The notes beneath the pieces were generated by a model. That model saw only the letters and a list, made by a program, of their open reading frames with translations. It did no database searches and was not told where the DNA came from. A DNA stretch of 64,000 bases, taken from IMG/VR virus record IMGVR_UViG_2879636102_000002, positions 15,566 through 79,565 of that record. One strand, written 5' to 3'. This DNA comes from a virus. Lineage: Duplodnaviria > Caudoviricetes. Made by a program: the position numbers and the translations under genes. Below, piece by piece: positions 1 through 9,265 of the stretch; the stretch's first letter is position 1, and each line of letters starts with the position of its first letter.

Positions 1-249
1 AATCGCTTCCAAAAGTTCGCCACCACCTAGAACTTTTTTCGCCTCATCGAACGAGTAAAAAATATAATATCTTTCGTCATCTGGTAAATTTGTATCATTA
101 CAATTTACACCATTGTCGGCTTGCCCAATAATTAATTGAGTGAATAGATCAACAGAATCGCCAGGGATTTGATCCTTAGCACGAAATTTTCCTCTCGAAC
201 CTGGTCGAACGTAAGAACGTCCCTCGAATGCTTTTCCTAAAACGCCCAT
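1..249 (-). CDS. Contractile tail sheath protein, 5' part (runs off window)
   Basis: Not in ORF track. Hand translation from ATG 249 gives MGVLGKAFEGRSYVRPG...LIIGQADNG...FYSFDEAKKVLGGGELLEAI, resembling the N-terminus of Twort/SPO1-like sheath proteins (RP...IGQAEGG...AK..F.SGELLDAI). Confidence 0.8.
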   Translation of the reverse strand, partial: MGVLGKAFEGRSYVRPGSRGKFRAKDQIPGDSVDLFTQLIIGQADNGVNCNDTNLPDDERYYIFYSFDEAKKVLGGGELLEAI

Positions 250-501
250 TTACTTTTTCACTCCCCAAAATTCCTGAAATGCTTTCTCGTAATCATCTTT
301 GGCCTTCAAACCGTTAAACTTTCCATGGTTCTTTACCAAAAACTCCCGGAATACTTGCGCCATAGAATAACGGGCAAGTTCAGGTTTGGACTCAATGAAT
401 TTTGCAGTTGGATCCTTTACCAATTCTTTGTTAGGTGAAGCATCCACGACTTTTGTAGCTTTTTGCTTTGTTTCGACGTTAGAATCTTGAGTCCCTTGCA
501 T
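250..501 (-). CDS. Small hypothetical protein preceding the sheath gene
   Basis: ORF 250..513; start reassigned to ATG 501, which directly follows the repeated late motif. Confidence 0.65.
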   Translation of the reverse strand: MQGTQDSNVETKQKATKVVDASPNKELVKDPTAKFIESKPELARYSMAQVFREFLVKNHGKFNGLKAKDDYEKAFQEFWGVKK

Positions 502-516
502 GGGAAGTGACAAGGG
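502..516 (-). promoter_or_regulatory. Late-gene motif CCCTTGTCACTTCCC abutting ATG
   Basis: One of 7 minus-strand copies, all upstream of virion genes. Confidence 0.75.
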
Positions 517-538
517 AACTAGACTCCAAAATTATCAA

Positions 539-1315
539 CTAAATTTTTGATTTGAGAGGATGAAAATTCATGTTTCTGTTTGATTTTCCTAGCTTTTCTT
601 TACCGGGAAGAGTCCCTACTCCATCAAAGTAAACATCAGCTTTTTCAATGAGAGTTCCTTCAGTGAACCTAAACTCTCTTTTGATTTGCCTTACTGATAA
701 CATTACTTCGAAACCCCATGCACCTCTTCCGATTTGAGGTGCTTCTACGTTAAGAGCAGGTTTCCCTTCAAGACTTACTGAAGCCTTAAATTTCTTTTGT
801 ATGTTGTGTTTGAGAAAAGGAAGGACTGACATCGTCGCCTTATATAATTCTTGGGCCGTTTTCCTTCCATTGTTGCCGCTTCCTCCCCAACCAGATATGT
901 TTACATTTGAAACGATATGTGAGGTGTAAGATTCCACTATACCAAAGTTAGTTGATTTTAGAATCTTATCAAATTGTTTGTATCCAAAATGTTCGTATTC
1001 AGAATCTTTTTTATTTTTATAGGCGATAATTTTGTTTTTTATCTGTGAATCAAAAGGGAAAATTCTGTAATTCCCAGCTAAATCATCAGAGGGTTCATCA
1101 TCTGACCATTCCACCCCAACTTTTGGGAAAAATGAATCAGAATCTTTAGCCCCTTCCCCGGAAGGGACAGAAGCGATTGAATACAGTGGATGACCCGGGT
1201 GAACAATTTTATCACAAGAAATGCCCCTATCTCCCAAACCAGTCTCTAGGTAGAGTGCTTTCAACTCTTGGATGATCCGAAATTCAGGATCCAATTGCCA
1301 CATTGATAATATCAT
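539..1315 (-). CDS. Putative tail terminator/completion protein
   Basis: 258 aa ORF just upstream of the sheath gene, coupled to the previous gene; call from position only. Confidence 0.5.
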   Translation of the reverse strand: MILSMWQLDPEFRIIQELKALYLETGLGDRGISCDKIVHPGHPLYSIASVPSGEGAKDSDSFFPKVGVEWSDDEPSDDLAGNYRIFPFDSQIKNKIIAYKNKKDSEYEHFGYKQFDKILKSTNFGIVESYTSHIVSNVNISGWGGSGNNGRKTAQELYKATMSVLPFLKHNIQKKFKASVSLEGKPALNVEAPQIGRGAWGFEVMLSVRQIKREFRFTEGTLIEKADVYFDGVGTLPGKEKLGKSNRNMNFHPLKSKI

Positions 1316-2070
1316 TTCCGTTTTTCCTTTTGAGCCTTGATTCTATTCTCTTGAAGATCGATTATAATAGCCTCGGCAAGCGCCTTGAGAAAGGGTTCGC
1401 TTGTAAGAAGCTGATCAGCAACCTTTTGCATTTTGGCTGAAAATTTCTGTCCCTTGATTTCAGGATAAGGCTTCCATTGGGAATCCGAAGTCACCATTAT
1501 CAAATTATGATTTGAACTACTGCTTCCACCTCTTTCTTGAGTTTGAGAAAATTGGAATGTTTTAGTTCCTTTCTTTTTGTCTGTTAGCTTGGTATAACTA
1601 TATTTATTCCGAGTTACAAATCCGCCATTTGGTGACTCTTCCTTGTGACTCCCAATAATTTTCATGACTACGTCCGCTTGGCTTTCGTTAGATGCCATGG
1701 GAACAATTAAATATTTTTTCCCACCTTTAGATATTCTGACTTTCTTTGAATTATTCAATAGGCTTTGAACAATATCAAAAGCACCTCTACCGTTTTCGGC
1801 AATTTTATCAACATCATAGTTCCCAGATCCTTTTGAATAAAATATTTTATATCCAATGCCTTGTTGTTCGATTTGTATCTGACCTCTACTAAGATACTGA
1901 ACTCCCCACCAACCTAATCCTCCTGCTTTAACCCCAAGTTTCGCTCGTTCGCCTGCCATGAAGAGCCATCGAGACTGGATTTTTTCAGCAGCTTCTCGGA
2001 GAACTGAAAAATATCGAGGGAAATTTTCAGGCCTCTTTTTGATTTGCGATAACACATTGGAAATACTCAC
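1312..2070 (-). CDS. Putative neck/tail completion protein
   Basis: 252 aa basic ORF; IAENGRGAFDI...KYLIVPM resembles Twort-like virion completion proteins; position supports it. Confidence 0.5.
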   Translation of the reverse strand: MSISNVLSQIKKRPENFPRYFSVLREAAEKIQSRWLFMAGERAKLGVKAGGLGWWGVQYLSRGQIQIEQQGIGYKIFYSKGSGNYDVDKIAENGRGAFDIVQSLLNNSKKVRISKGGKKYLIVPMASNESQADVVMKIIGSHKEESPNGGFVTRNKYSYTKLTDKKKGTKTFQFSQTQERGGSSSSNHNLIMVTSDSQWKPYPEIKGQKFSAKMQKVADQLLTSEPFLKALAEAIIIDLQENRIKAQKEKRK

Positions 2071-2071
2071 T

Positions 2072-4645
2072 TTAACATACCTGATTTTTATTTTTCAGAG
2101 CTTTGAGGAAAGTTCCAATCGAGCTTTTGAAAGCGAACATATCCGGAGTTTGGGAATCTGCTTTTATTTCGCTGAATTTCTTTTTCAATGAATCTCTAAA
2201 AGCAGCGATATTATTGAGTGCATCAGATAGCCTTGCAAGTTCTGTTTCCAGTGCACTCTCACCTTTCGTTGCTATAATAGAAGCTGCTAGTTCTTTCGCT
2301 TTTCCTTCATTGAGATCCGTAATTGTATCACCAAGGAATTTCTGAATTGGTTTTTGAATTGCTGTTAGTAAGTTTTCGAAGCCTGCTGAATTTGCCCTCG
2401 CATTGTCCTCGCCACCTGCATATTTCACAGCCTCCTGTTCTACTTCAGATCTACCGGTAGAGTCCACGTTCCCGAAGGAAAAATTCTGTGCTTTGAGACT
2501 ATCAATATACGACTTAACTTGGTTAGGTGAAATTCCTTTGCCTTTGTTTTGATTGTACCATGAGAACGCCTTTCTTTGGATAGTAGGTGAGGGATTCCCT
2601 CCTTCATCGATCCCGTTTTTTGCGATAACGATTGCCAATGACTCAGGAATCGATTCCCTTTTCTCTTTGGATCCATCGTTTGCTTTATCTGATGTACGGA
2701 TGTTCTTTTTCGCATCGGTTCGGAGAAGGTCTTGAAGTTCTGGAATTAAATTGTTGAGTGCAATGGTTCCCTTGACATATTCCGTAGACTCTCCTGTTCT
2801 TTCTGAAATTTCCTGTACGGACTTACCTTGCTCGATAAGTTTCGCGTAGGCTTTTGCATCATCCAACCGTTCCACTTCACGCTTGTTTTTGTTCGCTGAG
2901 ACCTGCGCGAGTAAACGATCAGATTCAGAATTGTATTTTTCCTCAATTACATAGATTGGGGTATCTTTTGGAAGTTTTGCTTCCGAAATAAGTTCTTTTA
3001 CGGCTGTGAAACGATGATGTCCATCGACTACTGTCAGTTTACCGTTTTTATCTCTATCAACTTTAATTGGAGAACCAGGATCGAAACCTTTGGCAAGAAT
3101 TGAAGATTTGATTCCTTCTATAACTTTTCGATTATAATTTTTCTCGTCAGTGTATTGCTCAATTGTAGAGATATCTGAAGCAGGAACTTCTTTTAATTTA
3201 TTTGAAGTCTTCCCGGACACAGATTGTCGATAGACATGTTTGTCTCCAGAAATGCGAAGTGCTTGCGATCTTATCTTAGGGCTTTTTTTTTTAATTTCAG
3301 AAATTGCTTTTATTGCACCATCTTTCTTAGCATTATCATTCCCTTTCATTGCTTTGGAACGTGCATCAGGATCGAGTGCTTGTTTTTCTTTGACGTAATT
3401 CGAAATTGCTTTCTTGTCTACGTTCCCTTTAGCATCAACTGGAAATGTGTCAGGTGCATCTACCTTGTATAATGCTTCAAATGCGACTTTCTCTAGATCG
3501 CTAAGTGTTTTGAAACCATCACGCACCTGTTTTTCTTTCATTGCTGATCTTAATTCAGAACGGGCTTTTTCAATTTCCGTCCTAAACTCATCCTCACTGA
3601 GGCTTTTATCCTTCCGAATGGTATCAATTTTATTCCAGGATTGAGCGATTTTAGCTTCAATCGGGTCCTGCTCGTTGACTAATTTGGATAGTTCCTTAGT
3701 ATCAGTTTGGGATTTAGGTAAGCTGGAATTCTTTTTCAAACTATCCAGCAATTTACCCAATTCATCTTTTTTGGATTTTGGGATTTCGCTCCAATTGGAA
3801 ATACCTTGCTCTCCGAGACTTTCAATAGAGTGCTTTGCCTGTGACAAAACTTGTTTTGGATCTTTTTCGGAATAAAATTTTTCAGCTCCTGATCCTTGAG
3901 ACCAAATCCATTTATCTTCCGTAGGTTTATAAAAAAAACTCACTTCCTTCCCACTTTGTGAAAGGTATTTGTATTTTGTTGCGTTTTTTACTTCTGAAGT
4001 TTGCTCTTTGGTGAATCCAAGTTTCTCCAAATTATTTACAATTTCTTGAGAGGATCCCTCCCCATGTTTCTCATTTGAATCAGTATACTTACTTGCTATG
4101 AATTGCATGAGCTTCAGATTCCATTTTTTCCCATCCTGAAATTTATCTGCCTGCTCTTTGACCTTTTCCTTTGGAGTTTTTTCCTGTTTCTCTTTGGTGA
4201 CGACATCGATGTCGTCACCAATCTCTTCTTTTGGTTCAGCAGTTTCTTTTGTAGGCTCGGTTTTTTTTGCCTTAAATTTTGTATCCCATTTGGTTTTGTT
4301 TGCTAAATATTCTGCTAGGTGAGAGGAGAAATCCTGTTTTGAGACGGGTCCAACTTCCTTAGTTATTGCATCCAAGTTCTCTTTGTATTCCGATTCAATC
4401 TTTGCATTGATTTCCGTCGGCTTGACTCCGAAAAAACTTGCAACCTTGCTCCAAATAGAAGGCTCTTTCTGGCCTTCCTTTTTCGGTACTTGTTTTTTGT
4501 GATCTCGATCATACGCTTCTTTTGTGTACCAATAACGATAACCACCTTTCGCCTTTGGTTCTCGCTTGTAGTATTTTACATTCGTTCCTTGTGAGCCTTT
4601 GCTCCCTTTAAGGAAATTTAATATGATTGCAAGATTTTGATTCAT
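2072..4645 (-). CDS. Large polyvalent-type protein with ParB/Srx-like domain (putative head-packaged protein)
   Basis: GFDPGSPIKV...VVDGHHRFTAV is a ParB-N motif, followed by an HTH (KSVQEISERTG). C-terminal QTPDMF is clamp-motif-like. Start moved to ATG 4645 after a late-motif variant. Confidence 0.7.
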   Translation of the reverse strand: MNQNLAIILNFLKGSKGSQGTNVKYYKREPKAKGGYRYWYTKEAYDRDHKKQVPKKEGQKEPSIWSKVASFFGVKPTEINAKIESEYKENLDAITKEVGPVSKQDFSSHLAEYLANKTKWDTKFKAKKTEPTKETAEPKEEIGDDIDVVTKEKQEKTPKEKVKEQADKFQDGKKWNLKLMQFIASKYTDSNEKHGEGSSQEIVNNLEKLGFTKEQTSEVKNATKYKYLSQSGKEVSFFYKPTEDKWIWSQGSGAEKFYSEKDPKQVLSQAKHSIESLGEQGISNWSEIPKSKKDELGKLLDSLKKNSSLPKSQTDTKELSKLVNEQDPIEAKIAQSWNKIDTIRKDKSLSEDEFRTEIEKARSELRSAMKEKQVRDGFKTLSDLEKVAFEALYKVDAPDTFPVDAKGNVDKKAISNYVKEKQALDPDARSKAMKGNDNAKKDGAIKAISEIKKKSPKIRSQALRISGDKHVYRQSVSGKTSNKLKEVPASDISTIEQYTDEKNYNRKVIEGIKSSILAKGFDPGSPIKVDRDKNGKLTVVDGHHRFTAVKELISEAKLPKDTPIYVIEEKYNSESDRLLAQVSANKNKREVERLDDAKAYAKLIEQGKSVQEISERTGESTEYVKGTIALNNLIPELQDLLRTDAKKNIRTSDKANDGSKEKRESIPESLAIVIAKNGIDEGGNPSPTIQRKAFSWYNQNKGKGISPNQVKSYIDSLKAQNFSFGNVDSTGRSEVEQEAVKYAGGEDNARANSAGFENLLTAIQKPIQKFLGDTITDLNEGKAKELAASIIATKGESALETELARLSDALNNIAAFRDSLKKKFSEIKADSQTPDMFAFKSSIGTFLKALKNKNQVC

Positions 4646-4660
4646 GGGGAAGGACAAAGG
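4646..4660 (-). promoter_or_regulatory. Late-gene motif variant CCTTTGTCCTTCCCC abutting ATG
   Basis: Variant of CCCTTGTCACTTCCC directly before ATG 4645. Confidence 0.6.
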
Positions 4661-4696
4661 AATGGATCCCAATGAAAGTCAATTCTTTTCAGGATA

Positions 4697-4725
4697 GACC
4701 ATAGCGGAAATAGTTCGCTATGGTC
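4697..4725. terminator. Stem-loop after the 739-aa gene
   Basis: 10-bp inverted repeat gaccatagcg/cgctatggtc overlapping the stop codon; poor U-tract. Confidence 0.5.
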
Positions 4726-6931
4726 ATTGGCCAGGCAATTCCGCGCCATGCCTTACAAGAGAAGCAATGTCATCCCTAGTCATAGATTTATCACTTTGTA
4801 AGAGTTGAGCGACTCGGTAAATCGTTCCCTTGACTTCTAATTTTCGAAGTGCATTGGCGTTTCCTTGCTTCTCTGCCATCGCTATTTGAACATCAATTAG
4901 AGAAACGTTTTTCTGTAGCTTCTTAGAATCGAGAAGGGAAGCATCCCTTACATTTTCAAAAATTTGTGAATCTGTTAAGGTTTCGGGTTTATTGATTTTC
5001 CCAAGTCGTTCCGAATCGGATTTGAACTCCCGCATTACTTCATGATAAATATCATCTCTTTCTTTCTTGAGTTCGCTACTAAGATGGCCGAGTTTAATAT
5101 GTTTTTTCCTGTTTTCCTTTAGTGCAAACAAATACTTTTTGTTTTTAAGTTTGTTTGCATAAACCATAATCGCTTCTGTTGCAAGATTTTTGTTCTCTAA
5201 GTCATCCACTCTTTTCTGTTCTTTCGAAGTGAGTTTAAGTTTGGCTTCCGATTTTATTTTTTTAACTGCTCCTTTAAGTTGACCTTTGGATGACATTAGG
5301 TTATTCAATTTTTCAGAAGCTTGGATTTTGGCTTCACCGGTTTTATTTGAACTACTCTGATTGGTTTTGATTAAATTGATGGATTTGATTGCATCGGGAA
5401 TTTTCCCTTGTTTTAATGTATTTGCGGTCTTCTCCAACTGATTACCAATTTTCTCTCCTTTCTTAATCCCTTTAGAAAGAGAATCTATAGCACTCGCTCT
5501 TTCCTTATATTTTGGATATTTTTCAAGAAGTGCGGGGTATTCTCGTAATACTTTTACAGGAATTTTAATTCCATTTTGCATGGCTTTTTCGGTAGCTTGC
5601 GAATGTTCTTCTTTGGACATACCTGCTTTTTTTGAAGTTGTTTGATGTGCAGCCTTGTTCTCGCTCTCACCAATCATTCGCCATCCATTTGATTCTTTCC
5701 GATATTTATTCCCATCAGACCATGTTCTAATTTCCCCAACCTGAGCGAGTTTTCCTTTATTGAAGGGGAGCAATTTATCAATGAAATGCTTTTTACTTGA
5801 TTTTGCAAAAGCTAGATCTGCGGCCAAAAATAGAAAAATACTTCCTGAAGGGAGCATAACTTTTAGATGACCATCAATCTTATCCAAAACTTTCGCTAGG
5901 TGGCCTCGATTTACGCGTCCATCTATTGGTCTCTCAATCCTAACGATATCACCTGGTTCGGCATTTTTAATATCAAATGCCTCGTTTCTCTTCTCTGGCT
6001 TCATTTTAGAAATTCTCTGTTTGTTTCTCTCTTTCGCAAGTTGCTCGAACTCCTTCCATCTTTCAAGTGCCTCAACAGCTTTCTGTTCGTAAGTTTTATT
6101 TTGACCAGAATTTGAATCTACATTTGATTTTCGTTTATCATTTGAGTCTTGAGAAGGAGTACTGGTCTGCTTGTTACTGGAGACTTCTACCCATCCATTG
6201 TCGGTTTTACGATGCTGCTTCCCATCGGACCAAGTACGAGTTTCACCTACTTGGGCTTTATTACTTTTTACGAAAAAGTTTTTTAAAGAGGATTTAATAA
6301 TCACTGCTTTTGCTTTCTTGGTGGTATCAGCTTTCTCTAACCATGTTCTAAATTGATCCAAAGTCATGGACTGGATATCGCCTAATCCTTTCCAACCAGG
6401 AGTATAGTTTGCTAAATATCCTTCTTTTGCTTCTTCCAAAGAATCGAATCCAAGCATGACTTTATGCTCATCGAAAATTCCGGATGAAGGCTTGATTTGA
6501 TTGATTATGAAAACTAGTTCCGATTTTATGTTTGGACCAATAAAGCAATCGATATGATCACCGTCTTTTCCAAGAGTCCTTTTGAAATAGCCATAATGGT
6601 GAACCATTTTATTTTTCCATTCTTTGCCATTGGAATCTTTTCCACATCTATACGTTCCCTTGGGATTTTCGATGGAAATATCGAATCCTTGAACTTTGAC
6701 GTGGGCTTTTTTATAGTTCCCTGCTTGTTTTTGAGAATGAGTAGGATTGGAATTATAATCTTCTTTTGAAATTTTAAGATGAGATTTTTGGAAAAATTTT
6801 CCCTTGAGAGATTTTATATATTCTTTGAAGTTTTTGCCTCGGATAGATTTGGAAAAAGGATCTTTCTGAAGCGCTGCTCCCCCAGTCAAATTTCCTATGT
6901 CTGTATTAACTTGGCTATTTGCAGTGAGCAT
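4724..6931 (-). CDS. Polyvalent protein with InPase (inorganic-pyrophosphatase-like) domain and two short beta repeats
   Basis: GNYKKAHV..GFDISIENPKG..HYGY..DGDHIDCFIG..FDEHKVMLGF matches the polyvalent-protein InPase domain. Repeats AQVGETRTWSDGKQHRKTDNGW / AQVGEIRTWSDGNKYRKESNGW. ATG 6931 preferred over TTG 6943. Confidence 0.8.
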   Translation of the reverse strand: MLTANSQVNTDIGNLTGGAALQKDPFSKSIRGKNFKEYIKSLKGKFFQKSHLKISKEDYNSNPTHSQKQAGNYKKAHVKVQGFDISIENPKGTYRCGKDSNGKEWKNKMVHHYGYFKRTLGKDGDHIDCFIGPNIKSELVFIINQIKPSSGIFDEHKVMLGFDSLEEAKEGYLANYTPGWKGLGDIQSMTLDQFRTWLEKADTTKKAKAVIIKSSLKNFFVKSNKAQVGETRTWSDGKQHRKTDNGWVEVSSNKQTSTPSQDSNDKRKSNVDSNSGQNKTYEQKAVEALERWKEFEQLAKERNKQRISKMKPEKRNEAFDIKNAEPGDIVRIERPIDGRVNRGHLAKVLDKIDGHLKVMLPSGSIFLFLAADLAFAKSSKKHFIDKLLPFNKGKLAQVGEIRTWSDGNKYRKESNGWRMIGESENKAAHQTTSKKAGMSKEEHSQATEKAMQNGIKIPVKVLREYPALLEKYPKYKERASAIDSLSKGIKKGEKIGNQLEKTANTLKQGKIPDAIKSINLIKTNQSSSNKTGEAKIQASEKLNNLMSSKGQLKGAVKKIKSEAKLKLTSKEQKRVDDLENKNLATEAIMVYANKLKNKKYLFALKENRKKHIKLGHLSSELKKERDDIYHEVMREFKSDSERLGKINKPETLTDSQIFENVRDASLLDSKKLQKNVSLIDVQIAMAEKQGNANALRKLEVKGTIYRVAQLLQSDKSMTRDDIASLVRHGAELPGQ

Positions 6932-6942
6932 TTTATATTGCA

Positions 6943-6967
6943 AAGGCAGGATGTTAAGTCCTGCCTT
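6943..6967 (-). terminator. Hairpin terminator/attenuator after major capsid gene
   Basis: 9-bp stem aaggcagga/tcctgcctt with 7-nt loop and a short T-run. Confidence 0.65.
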
Positions 6968-6979
6968 ATAATTTCAAAC

Positions 6980-8533
6980 CTATACGAGTGTAGTAGGTAA
7001 GTTCTTAATTAAATAGAATCTCTTTGGTTGTAAAACCGCAAGACCACCATACCATTCGACCATACCCGCTAGTTTTCTTTGATAAACTGCGTTCGGTGAG
7101 AACTTGGTTTGTAACAAAGGCAACATACGCAACATTTGGTAGGTTCGCTTCTGGTCGAGAGCAGATCTTGAATTGAAATCACCCACAACACCTTCTGTGC
7201 AACCTGGGCGCCAAGCATTGAGATCAACATACACAGTGGTAGGGTTTGCAGATTTCACGATTCTTTCTGTCAATCGGAAGTCTCCAGAACCAGGTGATGT
7301 CTCACGGAAAATTTGGAAATAAGTAGCCGCATACCCACTTCCAGCAGGTGTAATTGTTACTGTGATTGATTTACCTGCGCTCATTGCACCAGAAGTTACA
7401 ATCGCACTTGGAGCAGAACGTCCAGATTTGTTACAAGCAACCACTCGATAACTTACTCCAGCATCAACACCAGAAGAATTTTTGGTATCTTTCGGAAGCC
7501 ACTCAGAACCCAAAACTGGGCCACCGGATACTGCTAACGCAATGCTCGGTGCATCAGGAGCTAGAGAATTTGTTTTCCCAGATACTTTGTTACCATTGGC
7601 ATCTCTATAAGTTGGCAATTCAACTAGATGACGGTTCATCCAAAGATCAGTTTTAAATTCCAGCCTCTTATCTTTAAGTGGAGCACCAACTAAACCTGGG
7701 ATATTGTATCCAATGTCTGCCATAGATCCGTTATTCGGTTGGGTAAAAAATTCTTTGGATTCAGTGTAGTATGTATCCAATACGTTTTTAACACCATCAT
7801 GGAGCCAAAATTCGTTTACCATACCAAAGTTTGTTCTGATATTCACTGCTAATTCTTTAATGATTTTAATTTCCGGAAAACCACCGCGAGCATCATAAAC
7901 TTGTCCAGCATTCTTAAGTTCAGTTACAAAACCATCGAATTCAAGTGGATTGATAGCCTTCTCAGCATACCATGCACCATAAGCAAGAGTTTGCATAATT
8001 CGGTTAATCGCACCTTGAACTTGGATCGCTTCTGGATCATAAGAACCTGTGTCTTGGATATCCAAAACCTTAGATACTGCATATCCTTCCGCGAGGAAAG
8101 AAACCGTTTTTGAGATTCTCTTGATGGAAACATCTTTGAATTCTGCGTCGTCAACTTCACCTACGAAAGAGAAATCGCCATTGCCACCCCAATCGAGAAT
8201 TTGACCAAACACGTTTAGAGTCGATTTGGTATCTCGATAGAACATAGTATTCAAGAAGTTATATTCGTCTGAATCCTGTGCTAAGAGAACCATCTCTTCG
8301 TCCAAATTGTGCATAGTTGTCGCAGCACCATTTGTGAGAGCAGTAACGTCGGTAATACCGTCGCTATTTGCGTTAAATGACTTCATGAAGTTTCTGATTT
8401 CTTCTAGCGAACCGAATGATGGGGTTAATAACCCGAGCATAACAGTCTCAGTGCCTCCAAGATGGAGGAGGCCAATGCAGAAGAGAATTGTTGAAACAAC
8501 ACCAATCAAAGTGAATTTTAAGTTGAGTTTCAT
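6980..8533 (-). CDS. Major capsid protein (SPO1/Twort-like) with hydrophobic N-terminal propeptide
   Basis: FMKSF..TDVTALTNGAA..LD, PLEFDG and a C-terminal YGGLAVLQPKRFYLIKN pattern. Follows protease and scaffold; TAATG coupling to scaffold. Confidence 0.85.
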   Translation of the reverse strand: MKLNLKFTLIGVVSTILFCIGLLHLGGTETVMLGLLTPSFGSLEEIRNFMKSFNANSDGITDVTALTNGAATTMHNLDEEMVLLAQDSDEYNFLNTMFYRDTKSTLNVFGQILDWGGNGDFSFVGEVDDAEFKDVSIKRISKTVSFLAEGYAVSKVLDIQDTGSYDPEAIQVQGAINRIMQTLAYGAWYAEKAINPLEFDGFVTELKNAGQVYDARGGFPEIKIIKELAVNIRTNFGMVNEFWLHDGVKNVLDTYYTESKEFFTQPNNGSMADIGYNIPGLVGAPLKDKRLEFKTDLWMNRHLVELPTYRDANGNKVSGKTNSLAPDAPSIALAVSGGPVLGSEWLPKDTKNSSGVDAGVSYRVVACNKSGRSAPSAIVTSGAMSAGKSITVTITPAGSGYAATYFQIFRETSPGSGDFRLTERIVKSANPTTVYVDLNAWRPGCTEGVVGDFNSRSALDQKRTYQMLRMLPLLQTKFSPNAVYQRKLAGMVEWYGGLAVLQPKRFYLIKNLPTTLV

Positions 8534-9264
8534 TAGTTTCCCCCTTTGGATGAACTTTTTAAAAATTCCACAACAGCTTCAGTTTGACGTCCGGACGATT
8601 TGAACGTCTGCAAGTCACCGAGAGCTAATTTTTTATCCTGGACACCTTTGGAAATAAGCTGGATAATTTCAGCTCTTCCATATTGTGCAGGGATCCCGGA
8701 AGTATCAAGAACCGGTTTCTTTGAATCTACCGGTTGTTTTAATACTTTCCCGAGTTCTGATTTTAAGAATGCGATTTCCTTTTTGATTTCTTGGTTTTCT
8801 TTTGCGAATACAGCATTCTCTTCAATTAAGGAAGCGATCGCCATTTCATGCGTTTCTGCGCTTTTAACAGCCATTGCTGTTGATTTTGCAAAAGCCACAA
8901 AGTCTGGGTCCATCGCCTTGTTCCCACCTTTCTGGATATCACTTTCTGGATCTGAGCCAGGTGCTGGTTCTTCACCACCTTCATCACTCAACCCTTCAGA
9001 GATAATTCCCCAAATTTCCGCGCTGTCTTCTTCAGAAATTCCATTCGTTTTACAGTAAGCCTTGATAGCCGATTCTTCGACTGCAACCTCACCTGATTCA
9101 ATCGCTGACTTCAATTTATCTAAAAATTCATCAGAGATACCTTCTCCTGCTCCTGTTCCACCATCGTCAGCACTAGGAGGTGGCGGTGTATCCTCTGCTC
9201 CTGTACTGGATTTGGTAAACGAGGAGACAAGTCCCATAAACTGTTTCTGCCAATCCTTATTCAT
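8533..9264 (-). CDS. Putative capsid scaffolding protein
   Basis: Acidic low-complexity N-half plus coiled coil, many KS/KG motifs, located between protease and MCP. Confidence 0.7.
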   Translation of the reverse strand: MNKDWQKQFMGLVSSFTKSSTGAEDTPPPPSADDGGTGAGEGISDEFLDKLKSAIESGEVAVEESAIKAYCKTNGISEEDSAEIWGIISEGLSDEGGEEPAPGSDPESDIQKGGNKAMDPDFVAFAKSTAMAVKSAETHEMAIASLIEENAVFAKENQEIKKEIAFLKSELGKVLKQPVDSKKPVLDTSGIPAQYGRAEIIQLISKGVQDKKLALGDLQTFKSSGRQTEAVVEFLKSSSKGGN

Positions 9265-9265
9265 T

